Below are positions 45,795 to 56,445 of a stretch of DNA of 64,000 bases, in pieces. Source of the stretch: a virus (taxonomy: Duplodnaviria; Heunggongvirae; Uroviricota; Caudoviricetes); IMG/VR virus record IMGVR_UViG_3300037524_001291; one strand, written 5' to 3'. The position numbers and the translations under genes were made by a program. Positions within the stretch are counted from its first letter, which is position 1; each line of letters starts with the position of its first letter. The notes beneath the pieces were generated by a model that was not told the DNA's origin, did no database searches, and was given only the letters and a program-made list of their open reading frames with translations.

Positions 45795-47693
45795 TTAAAC
45801 AACAAGAGATATTAAATCATCACTAGATGTAATACTATCACTACATACAATCTGTAAAATTAATAGAGTATCACTAGAAGTCATACTATCCACATTACTA
45901 TTACTTCCTTCCATATTTACTAATCCATCAGTAGGAACACCACCCTCAACAAGTATCTCTGAACCAGCATGTAATAAAGTATCAAGAGAAGTAATGTTAT
46001 CTACATTTAATAAGTATGCTTCCAAATTAAATAAACTATCATCAGATATAAAATCTTCTAAAGGTTCTGGATTGGCTTCTGATGAGTATAAGCTATCAAT
46101 ACCAATAGCAGAATCAAAGAATTCTTTTTCAAAGTATTCAGCTTCGGGTATGATACTATCCCAATACCAAGTTTCAAATACATATATCTCAGCTTCCATA
46201 TTTACTAGGGTATCTGTTGTTGTACCATTATCAGAAACAACTAGACCTGATGTTACCAATTTATCGGTTATAGTAGGAGCTTCATACAGGAATAGGCTCT
46301 CTACATCGAATATAATACTAAGATTTCCAAGAGATATTATTCCATCTAAGGTAGGAGTAAAAGACTCAAAATCTACTATTTCCACATATTTTATTCTAGT
46401 ATCGCTTCTAGATACAACAGAGGATATTTCACTATTTATAACACCTTTACCTATACCTATTTTTCCATATCCAAAATAAGACTCAATAGCTGATCTAATA
46501 GCTAAATAGATATCTGATTGAAATACAGAATCTTTAAGATCTCCTATATTAACAAGCATTTTCAAATCAAGTTTATTTATTGTAGGGTCTTGTACTTCCA
46601 GTGTTATCTCTAGCAGTTTTATTGAAGTAAGATATTCAACTAGTCCTCTTTTTATATAATCATTTAAGATACCATTTTCTCCTACAACTACTAATTTAAC
46701 GTAATTAGGTATAACAATTCCAAGAGGTAGTCCTTCTCCCCAATTATAAGCTTTAGCATCAAGAACACCAGAGAAGGATTTAGCTTCATTTTCAAAATCT
46801 TCTAGGGTTATTATTCTTCTTTTTCCAGTAGTACCAACACTAGGGAAGTTGGCTGTTTTCATAAGAGTGACATTAAATTGGTCTGTAACATCATCTCCTA
46901 AACTACAAGTTAGTTGATCTAATAGTGTTATTGTTAGGGGTTCTGATGTGTTTATATCAAAAGCATCTGAGATAGTAGCAGCTAGTATAGAGATTTCACT
47001 TACTTCTGAGGGAATATAATTTATCCAGTTATCAGGGAGATAGATATAAGTTCCTGTATACTCTCTATGAATACTATATTTATCTTTTGGTTCTCTTTCG
47101 TAATAAATATTTCTAACCTGAGTCCATTCTTTATCATCTACAGTAAAGGAAAGAGAATCAGCATCTATATCTTTTGTGCTTATAAAAATTTTATTGGTAG
47201 TAATTTCTGATGATACAAGAGTTTTCTCAAAAATATTACCTAAAATTACATCTACATATAATCTAGTGGCATTAGGTAGATACATATATTTTGATATTGT
47301 AAGAAAATTATATGATACTTCATCAGCAATAATATTAATTTTAAAGAATTTAGGTATAACAACAAATCCTAAAGGTCCACACCCTTTCCACTCAAAGTTT
47401 AAAGATAGTATCAAAGCTCTTCTAAGAGCTGATTTATAGTTAAGCATTTCGTATATTTGTTCTCGAGCATCCACCTCATCAGTAGGTAGATAGAGATTTT
47501 CAAGGTAATAACTTCTATAACTATCTGTAGAGTATGAGAATGAAGCCAAGAGTTTTAGTATAGCTTCTCCTATATCACTACTCTCAAAATTGTTCCATGA
47601 AGGGTAATATATGAGGCTACTAGGGTTCTTGATTTGTGTTTTAAAGTCCTCAAGGCTTATATCGAAGTTTCTTATACTATTATCTACATACAC
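45795..47693 (-). CDS. Hypothetical structural protein, 632 aa
   Basis: A large ORF between the fiber and the beta-helix genes. I recognised no family. Confidence 0.45.
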   Translation of the reverse strand: MYVDNSIRNFDISLEDFKTQIKNPSSLIYYPSWNNFESSDIGEAILKLLASFSYSTDSYRSYYLENLYLPTDEVDAREQIYEMLNYKSALRRALILSLNFEWKGCGPLGFVVIPKFFKINIIADEVSYNFLTISKYMYLPNATRLYVDVILGNIFEKTLVSSEITTNKIFISTKDIDADSLSFTVDDKEWTQVRNIYYEREPKDKYSIHREYTGTYIYLPDNWINYIPSEVSEISILAATISDAFDINTSEPLTITLLDQLTCSLGDDVTDQFNVTLMKTANFPSVGTTGKRRIITLEDFENEAKSFSGVLDAKAYNWGEGLPLGIVIPNYVKLVVVGENGILNDYIKRGLVEYLTSIKLLEITLEVQDPTINKLDLKMLVNIGDLKDSVFQSDIYLAIRSAIESYFGYGKIGIGKGVINSEISSVVSRSDTRIKYVEIVDFESFTPTLDGIISLGNLSIIFDVESLFLYEAPTITDKLVTSGLVVSDNGTTTDTLVNMEAEIYVFETWYWDSIIPEAEYFEKEFFDSAIGIDSLYSSEANPEPLEDFISDDSLFNLEAYLLNVDNITSLDTLLHAGSEILVEGGVPTDGLVNMEGSNSNVDSMTSSDTLLILQIVCSDSITSSDDLISLVV

Positions 47694-47773
47694 AGTTTCG
47701 AACCTCCTTCCGACTAGTAAATGGTATGTAAGTGCTGTATATATTTACAGCACTTACTATATCATTTATTATT

Positions 47774-50700
47774 TTATATCCAAATCGCATAGAATGTGAT
47801 ATTACCAGTTATATTAAAGTATATTGTATTCTCATTATGGGAGGTTCCATTCCCATCCGCTTGTGTATTCCAATGTGAGAAGGTATACCCAGATTTAACT
47901 AAAGTTCCATGTAGCTGAGTATAAAAATTAGAACCATGAGTCTTATTAACCTCTGTAGGTACAGTACCACCAGTATTACCATTACCATCATAAGTTACAG
48001 TATAATAATTTATACTGAAAGTTGCATATAAAGTTAAATCATTTGCTGGCATAACAATTACCAGTCCTGGACTATACGTATAACCATCACCACTAGGTAA
48101 AACATTCCAGTAAGCAAAATAATACCCTGTCTTATAAAGAGTTCCCTCATCTAATATAGTTATAGGAGTAAGATAATCATACTCTGTAGGAGGTGCTGAA
48201 ACTTCTCCACCATCAGCATTATTAGGGTCATATGTAAAAGTAAATTGGTCTATAACCCATATTGTATGTAAGGTTATATCTCTATTAGGCATTAGGAAAG
48301 TATCATTTTCAACATAACGTGTACCCATTCCATTAGTTTGAGTATTCCAAGAGTCAAATCTATATCCTGTTTTATATAGGGTTCCACTACCAGAAACAGT
48401 TACTGTATCACCCTCATCATATATAACAGGTGAAGTAGGAAGACTTCCCCCTGTAGGATCCTGTGGTGCAATACCCCACAAATAAGATAGCTGATATTGA
48501 CCAGGATAAGCAAACTCTCCACCATCTTGTATATTCCATCCCCCAGCTACAAGATTAGCCCTAGCCGTTGCGGGTGCTCCTGGAGAATACTCAAAAGCAG
48601 ACCCCAAAGCAGCTAAAGACCCAACAACAGGAGTTATTGTATTTAGCCTATCAAACTCTATCAACAACTTATCATAATTCTGTCGTGACATATCAGTAGA
48701 CTCAAACATACGAGTGAAGTCTGCTCCATAAGTAAAATCATATCCGAATAGGGATACATCTTGGTCAAATGAATAACAGAACCTAAACATACTATCTGCA
48801 TTATAAATATGAGAATTTATGAAAGTTACAGGTGAATTAAAGTTGGTACATCCATAAAACATTCTAGTAGCATAATAAGTACCTTCAAATGTTAATGGTG
48901 CATTTAGGGATGTACATCCTCTAAATGCATCTATACCAACATATAAAGGAACTGAGTCTGTAGCAGTGATATTAAGATTCTCACATCCCCAGAAGTACTC
49001 ACATAAACCAGGAGCATTACCTGACATATGGTACTCATCTCCCCATAACGATATATCTATTATTTTCTTTCTTTCATTATGAAAACCACTACTACCAAAC
49101 TGTAAACATCCCATAGGACCATAGATAGATATTGTATAAATCCCAGGTACTGCATACTCATGATATTTATCAGCATCATTATAAGCTGTTATGATACTAG
49201 AAGAACCATCTCCCCAAAATACCTTACAATTATATACATAATTTGGAGTTGTACCAGTAGCAAAAGGAAGGTCAACAGAGTAATCATTCCCTGTGATATT
49301 ATTTCTAGTGTCCCATGTAGATACAAAAGGTATATACTCAGCAACATTCCAATTCTTATTTGTAGCTATTGTTATATCAGCTGTTTCGTGACCTACCACA
49401 CCTACTACAGATATATTACCCTCATCAAGTCCTGTTCTATCAGGAAGATAAGTATATATTGTATCAAGTAAAGTAGCTGGAACAGTGTACTTAGAATCAG
49501 ATAAATCAATAGAGTATAATGAATCACAACCAGAGGTAAAGCCCACAGCTGAACTAATACCAGTGCTACCACTTCCAGCTCCAAAAAGATTAATACTTTC
49601 AAGAGATGAACATCCAAAAAACATACCATAAATATTTTCAAGACTATAACAACTAGATAATACAGCAGATGTTAAAGCACTACAACTAGTAAACATACCT
49701 TCTGCAAGAACCAATAATCCCAAATCATTGGTATTTATTGAGGTTAGAGAAGTACAATCACTAAACATAAATGAAGCATCTGTTATCTGAGTCATGAGTG
49801 AAATGTTTATAGATGCTAAAGAAATACACTCAAAAAACATAGAGTTTGCATTTGTTACAGAAGTTAAAGCTGTTGTATTTACAGTATCTAAGAGAGTACA
49901 TCCTCTAAACATATTTTCAGCATTTGTTACTTCACTAAGAGCACTAACATCTATAGAAGTTAGGGACACACAATAAGCAAACATGAATGAGGCATTTGTT
50001 ACACTAAGTAGACTATCAGGTAGAGTTACAGATGTTAATAATGAGCAGTATTGGAACATATTTTCTGCTGTAGTTAATTCTGTTGTTGATAAGGTGGCAG
50101 TTACTATACCGTACCCACTCATAGCAGTTGTAGTTACTACAAACTCAGTAATATCTTGAGAAGAAGATATGCGAATAGTATAAATAGTTCCATTAGTTGT
50201 CCCATAAGTATGAGTGGTACTACTATTTACAATTCCATCTCCCCAATCAATAGTAAGTATTCCTGCTGTTGCTACTGTTAGGGTATATGTTCCTGTGTTA
50301 TCTATAGCAGTTAGTGTGATATTGCCTTCACCAGCATTAACATTCCAATTCTTATTATTTGCTATAGTTTTATCACTTAATTCTTGTCCTACTATACCTG
50401 TTACAATGGTAATACCAGCTGATAGACTACTTCTATTATATAAAGAAGTATATATATCATTAAGTCGAGTAGCTGTTGTATCATACAATGAATTTGTAAG
50501 GTCTAAGGAAGTTAAAGCAGAGCATCCAGACACAAAACTTGCAGTACTAATAATTCCAGTACTACCACTTCCTATTCCTGTTGCATTGACTGATACAAGT
50601 GAGGTACAGTTTATAAACATATGAGAAATACTTATTACTTTGACTAGAGCTGTTATATCTAGAGATGTTAGAGAAGTACACCCGACAAACATATTAGGAG

Positions 50701-53700
50701 CAGTTGTTACAGAAGTTAAATCTGAAATATCTATTGAAGTTAAATCAGTACAGTACCCAAACATAATAAAAGCATCTGTTAATAGGGTTAAGTTTGATAC
50801 ATTTACAGAAGCTAGAGAACTACACTGTCTAAACATCTGAACAGCATTTGTTAGTTTAGTTAAAGTTGACACATCACAAGAAGTTAAGTTAGTACAGCCA
50901 TAGAACATACCACTAGCACTTGTTACTTTAGTGAAGTCTGATATATCTATTGTTACTAAAGAAGTACACCCATAGAACATTTGAGAAGCATTCATTAGTT
51001 GAGTGAGATTTGATACATTTACTGAGTCTAAAGAAGTACACCCATTAAACATATCAAAAGCACTTCCCACCTTAATCATGGTGGATACATCTATTATGGT
51101 TAGAGACGTACAACCTCTAAACATACTCTCCGAAGCTGTAACCTTGATTAGACCTGAGGTATTTACAGAGGTTAAAGAAGTACACCCTCTTAACATACTA
51201 TTAGCAGTAGTTAAAAGAACTTGTTCTGTTAAATCTATTGAAGTTAAAGAAGTACATCCATAGAACATGCCAGTAGCATCAAGTAGAGTAGTTAGAGCTG
51301 ATATATCTATTGAAGCTAGAGAAGTACAACCGTTAAACATATAGTAAGCTGTTAAAAGTGATGTTAAGTGAGATACATCTATAGAAGTTAAAGAAGTACA
51401 ATTTTGGAACATGAATGTAGTATCCTTTACATTAACTAATTTCGATATATCTACAGATGTTAAAGAAGAACAATATCTAAACAAACCAGAAGCATCTTGT
51501 ACACTTAATAAGCTGTCAGGTAAAATTGCTAAAGATAGTAGAGAGCAATGTTGGAACATATATGAGGCTGTAGTTAAATCACTAGATTTTATAACAGCAG
51601 TTACTACCCCATATCCTACAGCACCACTTGTAGTAACTTTAAATTGTGTAATAGATAAAGTAGAAGATATACGAATAGTGTAAAGAGTACCATTAGTAGT
51701 ACCATAAGTATGAGTTAGAGAGTTATTTACTATACCATCTCCCCAATCGACAGTTATAGTTCCACTAGATGTCACTGTTAGGGTATATGTTCCTGTATTA
51801 TCTAGAGCTACTAATCCAATCATACCCTCAGTTAACCCACCAATACCCCCATCACTACTAATACTAGCCGAAGAAGTATCTCCAACTACTCCCGAATCAG
51901 AAACCCCTACATTTACAATACCACCAGAAGAAGCTACCACATTCCAGTTCTTATCAGTAGCTATTGTTTTATTACTAGTTCCCTCAACAGCTACTCCTGT
52001 GACTATTATAGTACCTTCGGATAATAAGGTTCTATCATACAAACTTGTGTACACAGCATCTAATCTCTCAACGGTTCTAAACCTCGCATCAGTAAGGTCT
52101 AAAGAAGTTAAAGAGGAACAACTAAATACAAAATCAATAATGTCATTAGCACCACCCTCTATACTATCCTTACAAAAATTATGAGCAATAATAGTACTAA
52201 GCGATGTACAGTTATAAAACATACGAGCTGCCAAATATACTTTAGTCATTACTGAGATATCAATAGATGTAAGATTAAAACAATTATAAAACATAGAATA
52301 AGCATTAAATACGTTTGTTAGGGATGATACATCTACAGAAGGTAGACTATTACACCCATAGAACATATATCCTACATCCTCTAATTGTGGGTGGTATACA
52401 AAAGTTACAGAGGTAAGTAAATAACAATTTAAAAACATATGAGATGTAGTCGTAAGTAACTCTAACCCTGTTAAATCCATTGAAGTTAATGAAGAACATC
52501 CAGCAAACATATAACTAGAATCTTCTAGTAATGTCATAGGTGCTATATCTACAGAGGTTAGTATAGGACAGGTAGAAAACATATAACTTCCATTAATAAC
52601 ACCTATTAAATCAGAAACATCAATATATACCAAAGAACTACAAGTTTGAAACATACCAGTAGCATCTTGTATATTAATTAAGTTTGAAACATCCACTGAA
52701 GATAATAAAGTACAATTATAGAACATATGGGAAGCATTTATTATACTGGTCATAGATGAAATATCAATAGCAGGTAAAGAAGTACAACTAAAGAACATAT
52801 ACTCAGTACTAGTTACATTTATAAAAGCTGATACATCTATAGAAACAAGTGTAGTACATTCCTCAAACATATAATTAGCTGAAGTCATAAGAGGTAATGA
52901 AGTAGGTAAGGTTACATCTACTAGATACCCACATTTTCGAAAAGATAGACTAGATAGGGTATCTATTTCTATAGTTGCTGTAGTTATTCGTGATGTATTA
53001 TTAATATAATCAACATTAAAACCTAAGATATCTCCACTTGATTGAATAACAACAGTATAAGGAGTAGCACTTATTCCATAGTTATGAGAGAAGTTACCAG
53101 TAGGGCTTACAGTGTTGGGAGAACCATCACCCCATTCAACAATTATGTCACTAGAAGATACAATATCTAATCTACATAGAGAAGCTTCTACTGAGCCATC
53201 AATAATTAAAGTAATTATTTTATTACCTAAAGTTTCTACAATACTATCTAAGGTTTCGATAGAAGTTAGGGAATCACTCCTTTTTATCCTCTCATCTATC
53301 ATATTTGTTATTTCAAATCTATATCCCGCAGGTACAACTTTTCTAAGCATTTTGTAGGCATAATCAGAGTTAGCATTACCATTATACTTGACCTGTAGAG
53401 TTCCAGGTTCTACTAAAATAACTTCTACATTTGTGTAATCAAATAGGGTTTCGTCATATAGCTCACTTTCTCCCATCTCAAGTAGTCGAACCATTTGTTT
53501 TATAGAGTCTAATGTTCCTCTATTTTTAATAATTTTTCCGTAGTATTTTAAAATAAGGCGAAGAACTTCTTCAGAAGCCTCTATAGGGTATTCTATTCCT
53601 AAAGTGTTTGCTATTTTTGAGAGTTCTCTAATATCTACAAAATCTATATTATAGGCATTATCTATACGATTTAGTTCATCATAATTTTTCTGTAGTGCGT

Positions 53701-53824
53701 ATGCTAAGACTTTAAGAAGTTCATAGTAATCTTCATTTGCTTTTAAAAATTCTGGTACTCCCTCAGTTACTATAGCAAGACATTCCTCAAAGGATTTAAT
53801 AGACAAATTTTCATCCCCTTTCAA
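47774..53824 (-). CDS. Giant (2016 aa) baseplate-attached tail fiber/adhesin with three BspA-type LRR modules, a DUF285-like block, and three Flg_new repeats
   Basis: The N-terminal ~190 aa look like a baseplate-attachment (gpI/XkdU-like) domain. There are three 'WGDG...HTY' + 'MF..C(T/S)SL(T/V)SIDVS.LT.V' LRR modules, with modules 2 and 3 near-identical. 'F(R/Y)GCT(S/N)(L/F)N' units are DUF285-like. The C-terminal repeats 'TGYRFDSWNTQTNGMGTRY..', 'TGYYFAYWNVLPSGDGYTY..', and 'SGYTFSHWNTQADGNGTSH..' match the Listeria-Bacteroides repeat. Confidence 0.7.
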   Translation of the reverse strand: MKGDENLSIKSFEECLAIVTEGVPEFLKANEDYYELLKVLAYALQKNYDELNRIDNAYNIDFVDIRELSKIANTLGIEYPIEASEEVLRLILKYYGKIIKNRGTLDSIKQMVRLLEMGESELYDETLFDYTNVEVILVEPGTLQVKYNGNANSDYAYKMLRKVVPAGYRFEITNMIDERIKRSDSLTSIETLDSIVETLGNKIITLIIDGSVEASLCRLDIVSSSDIIVEWGDGSPNTVSPTGNFSHNYGISATPYTVVIQSSGDILGFNVDYINNTSRITTATIEIDTLSSLSFRKCGYLVDVTLPTSLPLMTSANYMFEECTTLVSIDVSAFINVTSTEYMFFSCTSLPAIDISSMTSIINASHMFYNCTLLSSVDVSNLINIQDATGMFQTCSSLVYIDVSDLIGVINGSYMFSTCPILTSVDIAPMTLLEDSSYMFAGCSSLTSMDLTGLELLTTTSHMFLNCYLLTSVTFVYHPQLEDVGYMFYGCNSLPSVDVSSLTNVFNAYSMFYNCFNLTSIDISVMTKVYLAARMFYNCTSLSTIIAHNFCKDSIEGGANDIIDFVFSCSSLTSLDLTDARFRTVERLDAVYTSLYDRTLLSEGTIIVTGVAVEGTSNKTIATDKNWNVVASSGGIVNVGVSDSGVVGDTSSASISSDGGIGGLTEGMIGLVALDNTGTYTLTVTSSGTITVDWGDGIVNNSLTHTYGTTNGTLYTIRISSTLSITQFKVTTSGAVGYGVVTAVIKSSDLTTASYMFQHCSLLSLAILPDSLLSVQDASGLFRYCSSLTSVDISKLVNVKDTTFMFQNCTSLTSIDVSHLTSLLTAYYMFNGCTSLASIDISALTTLLDATGMFYGCTSLTSIDLTEQVLLTTANSMLRGCTSLTSVNTSGLIKVTASESMFRGCTSLTIIDVSTMIKVGSAFDMFNGCTSLDSVNVSNLTQLMNASQMFYGCTSLVTIDISDFTKVTSASGMFYGCTNLTSCDVSTLTKLTNAVQMFRQCSSLASVNVSNLTLLTDAFIMFGYCTDLTSIDISDLTSVTTAPNMFVGCTSLTSLDITALVKVISISHMFINCTSLVSVNATGIGSGSTGIISTASFVSGCSALTSLDLTNSLYDTTATRLNDIYTSLYNRSSLSAGITIVTGIVGQELSDKTIANNKNWNVNAGEGNITLTAIDNTGTYTLTVATAGILTIDWGDGIVNSSTTHTYGTTNGTIYTIRISSSQDITEFVVTTTAMSGYGIVTATLSTTELTTAENMFQYCSLLTSVTLPDSLLSVTNASFMFAYCVSLTSIDVSALSEVTNAENMFRGCTLLDTVNTTALTSVTNANSMFFECISLASINISLMTQITDASFMFSDCTSLTSINTNDLGLLVLAEGMFTSCSALTSAVLSSCYSLENIYGMFFGCSSLESINLFGAGSGSTGISSAVGFTSGCDSLYSIDLSDSKYTVPATLLDTIYTYLPDRTGLDEGNISVVGVVGHETADITIATNKNWNVAEYIPFVSTWDTRNNITGNDYSVDLPFATGTTPNYVYNCKVFWGDGSSSIITAYNDADKYHEYAVPGIYTISIYGPMGCLQFGSSGFHNERKKIIDISLWGDEYHMSGNAPGLCEYFWGCENLNITATDSVPLYVGIDAFRGCTSLNAPLTFEGTYYATRMFYGCTNFNSPVTFINSHIYNADSMFRFCYSFDQDVSLFGYDFTYGADFTRMFESTDMSRQNYDKLLIEFDRLNTITPVVGSLAALGSAFEYSPGAPATARANLVAGGWNIQDGGEFAYPGQYQLSYLWGIAPQDPTGGSLPTSPVIYDEGDTVTVSGSGTLYKTGYRFDSWNTQTNGMGTRYVENDTFLMPNRDITLHTIWVIDQFTFTYDPNNADGGEVSAPPTEYDYLTPITILDEGTLYKTGYYFAYWNVLPSGDGYTYSPGLVIVMPANDLTLYATFSINYYTVTYDGNGNTGGTVPTEVNKTHGSNFYTQLHGTLVKSGYTFSHWNTQADGNGTSHNENTIYFNITGNITFYAIWI
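49250..52250 (-). repeat. Tandem duplication of about 1.5 kb inside the giant fiber gene
   Basis: 'gttagggtatatgttcctgt' occurs at 50278 and 51778, exactly 1500 nt apart. The flanking sequence is also similar ('ccatctccccaatc.a.agt'). The protein modules 'TGTYTLTV..WGDGIVN..HTYGTTNGT.YTIRISS' are duplicated. Confidence 0.6.
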
Positions 53825-55244
53825 AGGTTATTAATGGTTCTGAATCAATTTCAATAATCTCATTCCATTTACAAGGTATATTAGATAGGGGATACTGAAA
53901 TAGGATATGATCTATTGAAGAGCTTAGACTTTCGATACCAATAGAGAGTTCACTTCTATTAAACTCTTTACCAGCTACTACCGTACTTCTAGAAAAAGTA
54001 TTATAAAAATAATCTATTATTTTATCTCTTATACCAGAGGTATCTAACTCATTTCTATTTAGATATACTGTGATACTTACAGAGATACTTCTTAGTAGTA
54101 TAGGTAGAACAGTAAAGCTAGTAAAAACAGGTACTTTATTTTGTATTTTATCTGTTATACCAGATATAATCATAGAATCAGTAACACCATAAGTTCCAAT
54201 ATCTTTATCAGCAATATAATAAATAGTTTTAGTTCCTCCAACATCCTGTATAGAACACCCATATACATATTTTATAGTTTTTACTAAATCAGAATAATCC
54301 TCATTAAGTACTAGGGTTATTACGTCTGATGAGGTAGTACCTAAAAGACTTCTAACTTCTTCTATAGAATATATATCAGAGCCTCCAGAACTTGTGACAA
54401 CAGAAATAGTTATATTATTAGGGAATACATTGTTTCCATATGAATCTATAAAATTAAATTTTGGTTCTAAATCTCGTATAGTACCTAAGTTACCTTGAGA
54501 TCCATTTGTAATAAGATATGAAACACTTATTAAATTATCTACAACATCATAAATAAATCCAGGAGTTAGTTTTAAAAGTGTGTGTTTATTAGCATTAACA
54601 TGTACACTAAAACTAGGTACATTATCAGTTACAAGAGTAGCATCATCTACCTTTCTCCAAAGAGTTCCATTAACTTCTACTTCAACAGTGTTTAGGGCTA
54701 TATTTTCGGTATCTAAGATATAAGTTCCAACAGCTGTGAAGTCTAGAGCTTTTAAGGTTTTACTTGTTAATATACCCTCACTGCAAGTTATAAAATTATC
54801 CCCATAAGAAAGGGTATAATCCTCATCTATATTTAAAGTAAGAGTTTTTTGAGAAATAGTATCTAAGACTTCAAAAGTATCTCCTTTACTTAAAGTAAGT
54901 GAGTTTGTAGGAGGAAGGTCAGTAGAAGTAAAAACTATTTTAAGTGTAGTAGTAGAAGACATATAACCAGGAACGATTACACCTCTTAGGGTACACATGT
55001 TTAAAATGTTCTCAAAAGAGTTTGAGTATCTTATTTGATTATCAAGGTATTTTCTATCAAGTGAGAAATTTAATATATCATAACAATAACACGCAGTAGA
55101 AAGCCAAATCATTTCAGTAGCAGTTACACTAAAATCAGTCCATTCAGAGGTTATCTTAGGTATAGTATTAATAGACCATTCCATAAGACTAGAATAGTCA
55201 CGAGCCAAAAGTATTTTACTATCTATAATATCATTAGTACTCAT
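53811..55244 (-). CDS. Baseplate J-like (gpJ/gp6/XkdT-like) protein
   Basis: A 477-aa ORF sits between the gp25/W-like and gpI-like N-terminus genes. Its start overlaps the upstream gene. The call rests on size and position in the conserved baseplate order. Confidence 0.45.
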   Translation of the reverse strand: MSTNDIIDSKILLARDYSSLMEWSINTIPKITSEWTDFSVTATEMIWLSTACYCYDILNFSLDRKYLDNQIRYSNSFENILNMCTLRGVIVPGYMSSTTTLKIVFTSTDLPPTNSLTLSKGDTFEVLDTISQKTLTLNIDEDYTLSYGDNFITCSEGILTSKTLKALDFTAVGTYILDTENIALNTVEVEVNGTLWRKVDDATLVTDNVPSFSVHVNANKHTLLKLTPGFIYDVVDNLISVSYLITNGSQGNLGTIRDLEPKFNFIDSYGNNVFPNNITISVVTSSGGSDIYSIEEVRSLLGTTSSDVITLVLNEDYSDLVKTIKYVYGCSIQDVGGTKTIYYIADKDIGTYGVTDSMIISGITDKIQNKVPVFTSFTVLPILLRSISVSITVYLNRNELDTSGIRDKIIDYFYNTFSRSTVVAGKEFNRSELSIGIESLSSSIDHILFQYPLSNIPCKWNEIIEIDSEPLITFERG

Positions 55245-55657
55245 CCTGTTGCCTCACCCCCAGCCTGTCGAGTTATAGCATAATTAAATTTCCCTTTCAT
55301 ATTTGTTCCAGACATTACATAATCAACCGTAATATAGATATGATTCTCAACAACATCTACTACCACATTTTGAAGTATAATTCTAGGTTCTAAAGTTTCT
55401 AGAGCACTTCTAATATATATTTCAAGTTTGTTTTTTAGAATATCATCAGCTGGTTCAAAAAGAAGTTCAGAGATACCTGATCCAACAACAGGAAGCATTG
55501 CTACTTCTCCATTTCGAGTTTCTAAGATAACTCTAATGCTTTGGTTAATTCTATCTTTACCCTCATTAAACTCTATTCTTCCAGATATACTAGAGAATAC
55601 ATTATTTAGATTTAATCCTTTTCCTATACGAGACTTAGCTTCATTACTTAGAGCCAT
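55241..55657 (-). CDS. Baseplate wedge protein (gp25/GPW-like)
   Basis: A 138-aa ORF with 'IRVILETRNGEVAMLPVVGSGISELLFEP', matching the gp25 family's conserved hydrophobic 'P.FG..L..L.FEP' core. Confidence 0.55.
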   Translation of the reverse strand: MALSNEAKSRIGKGLNLNNVFSSISGRIEFNEGKDRINQSIRVILETRNGEVAMLPVVGSGISELLFEPADDILKNKLEIYIRSALETLEPRIILQNVVVDVVENHIYITVDYVMSGTNMKGKFNYAITRQAGGEATG

Positions 55658-55686
55658 ATAATCATCACATCTCCTCTTACTAGGGT

Positions 55687-56445
55687 TTATCCTTCTTCTT
55701 GTGTTATTGTAGTAGCTTTTAAATTTATATTAGATTCTGATAAATTAATTGAAGTAGAACCTACAGTAAGAATAATCCCAGCAGAATTTAAAATTATTGA
55801 GTTAGCACCAAAAGATAAAACAGTAGCAGTATTATTTACTTCTACTTTAGAATTTTCCCCATAAGATACTGTAATAGCTGTATCCGTTGCTTCTATAATA
55901 GAAGTTCCAACAGAAATTCTACTTAGGTTTTTTCCAATCTCAAAAGAAGAATTATCTTTAGATATACCAAATCTACCTTCAGATCCATCTTGAGCATCTC
56001 CCTCATCAAAAGACATATCAAAATTTTCTGTTGAAAAGATAGTACCCGAAGTACTACTATCTCTAGTTCCTTCATATACAGGTTCTTTATAGGAAGTGGG
56101 TTGAGTTGGTGATGAACCATATCCAACTATAACAGGTTTTGAGGGGTCAGCTGTTTGTTTACCAAGAACTATACCCATATATACAGGCATATCTATTCTA
56201 GAGTTCTCAAAGAGTACCCAAACAAAATCTTTCACTTTAGGGACTTGTTTCATATTAGCAGGAAGACTAGGGTAAGCCCATGGTATCTCCTTATCAGGTC
56301 TGTAATTTGTAGAGCCTTCCATACCATGTATAGAAGGTACTCTAACTTTTACTCTACAAAGACCCAAAGGGTCATTTACGTCTACAACCATACCTCTTAC
56401 TATACCTAATTTTGGTACATCAATTTCATTTAAGATTGTCCCCAC
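55687..56445 (-). CDS. Baseplate spike/hub (gpV/gp5 OB-fold-like) protein
   Basis: The N-terminus 'LGIVRGMVVDVNDPLGLCRVKVRVPSIHG' matches the gpV OB-fold start. The C-terminal region 'SVGTSIIEATDTAITVSYGENSKVEVNN' is beta-helix-like. Confidence 0.55.
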   Translation of the reverse strand: MGTILNEIDVPKLGIVRGMVVDVNDPLGLCRVKVRVPSIHGMEGSTNYRPDKEIPWAYPSLPANMKQVPKVKDFVWVLFENSRIDMPVYMGIVLGKQTADPSKPVIVGYGSSPTQPTSYKEPVYEGTRDSSTSGTIFSTENFDMSFDEGDAQDGSEGRFGISKDNSSFEIGKNLSRISVGTSIIEATDTAITVSYGENSKVEVNNTATVLSFGANSIILNSAGIILTVGSTSINLSESNINLKATTITQEEG

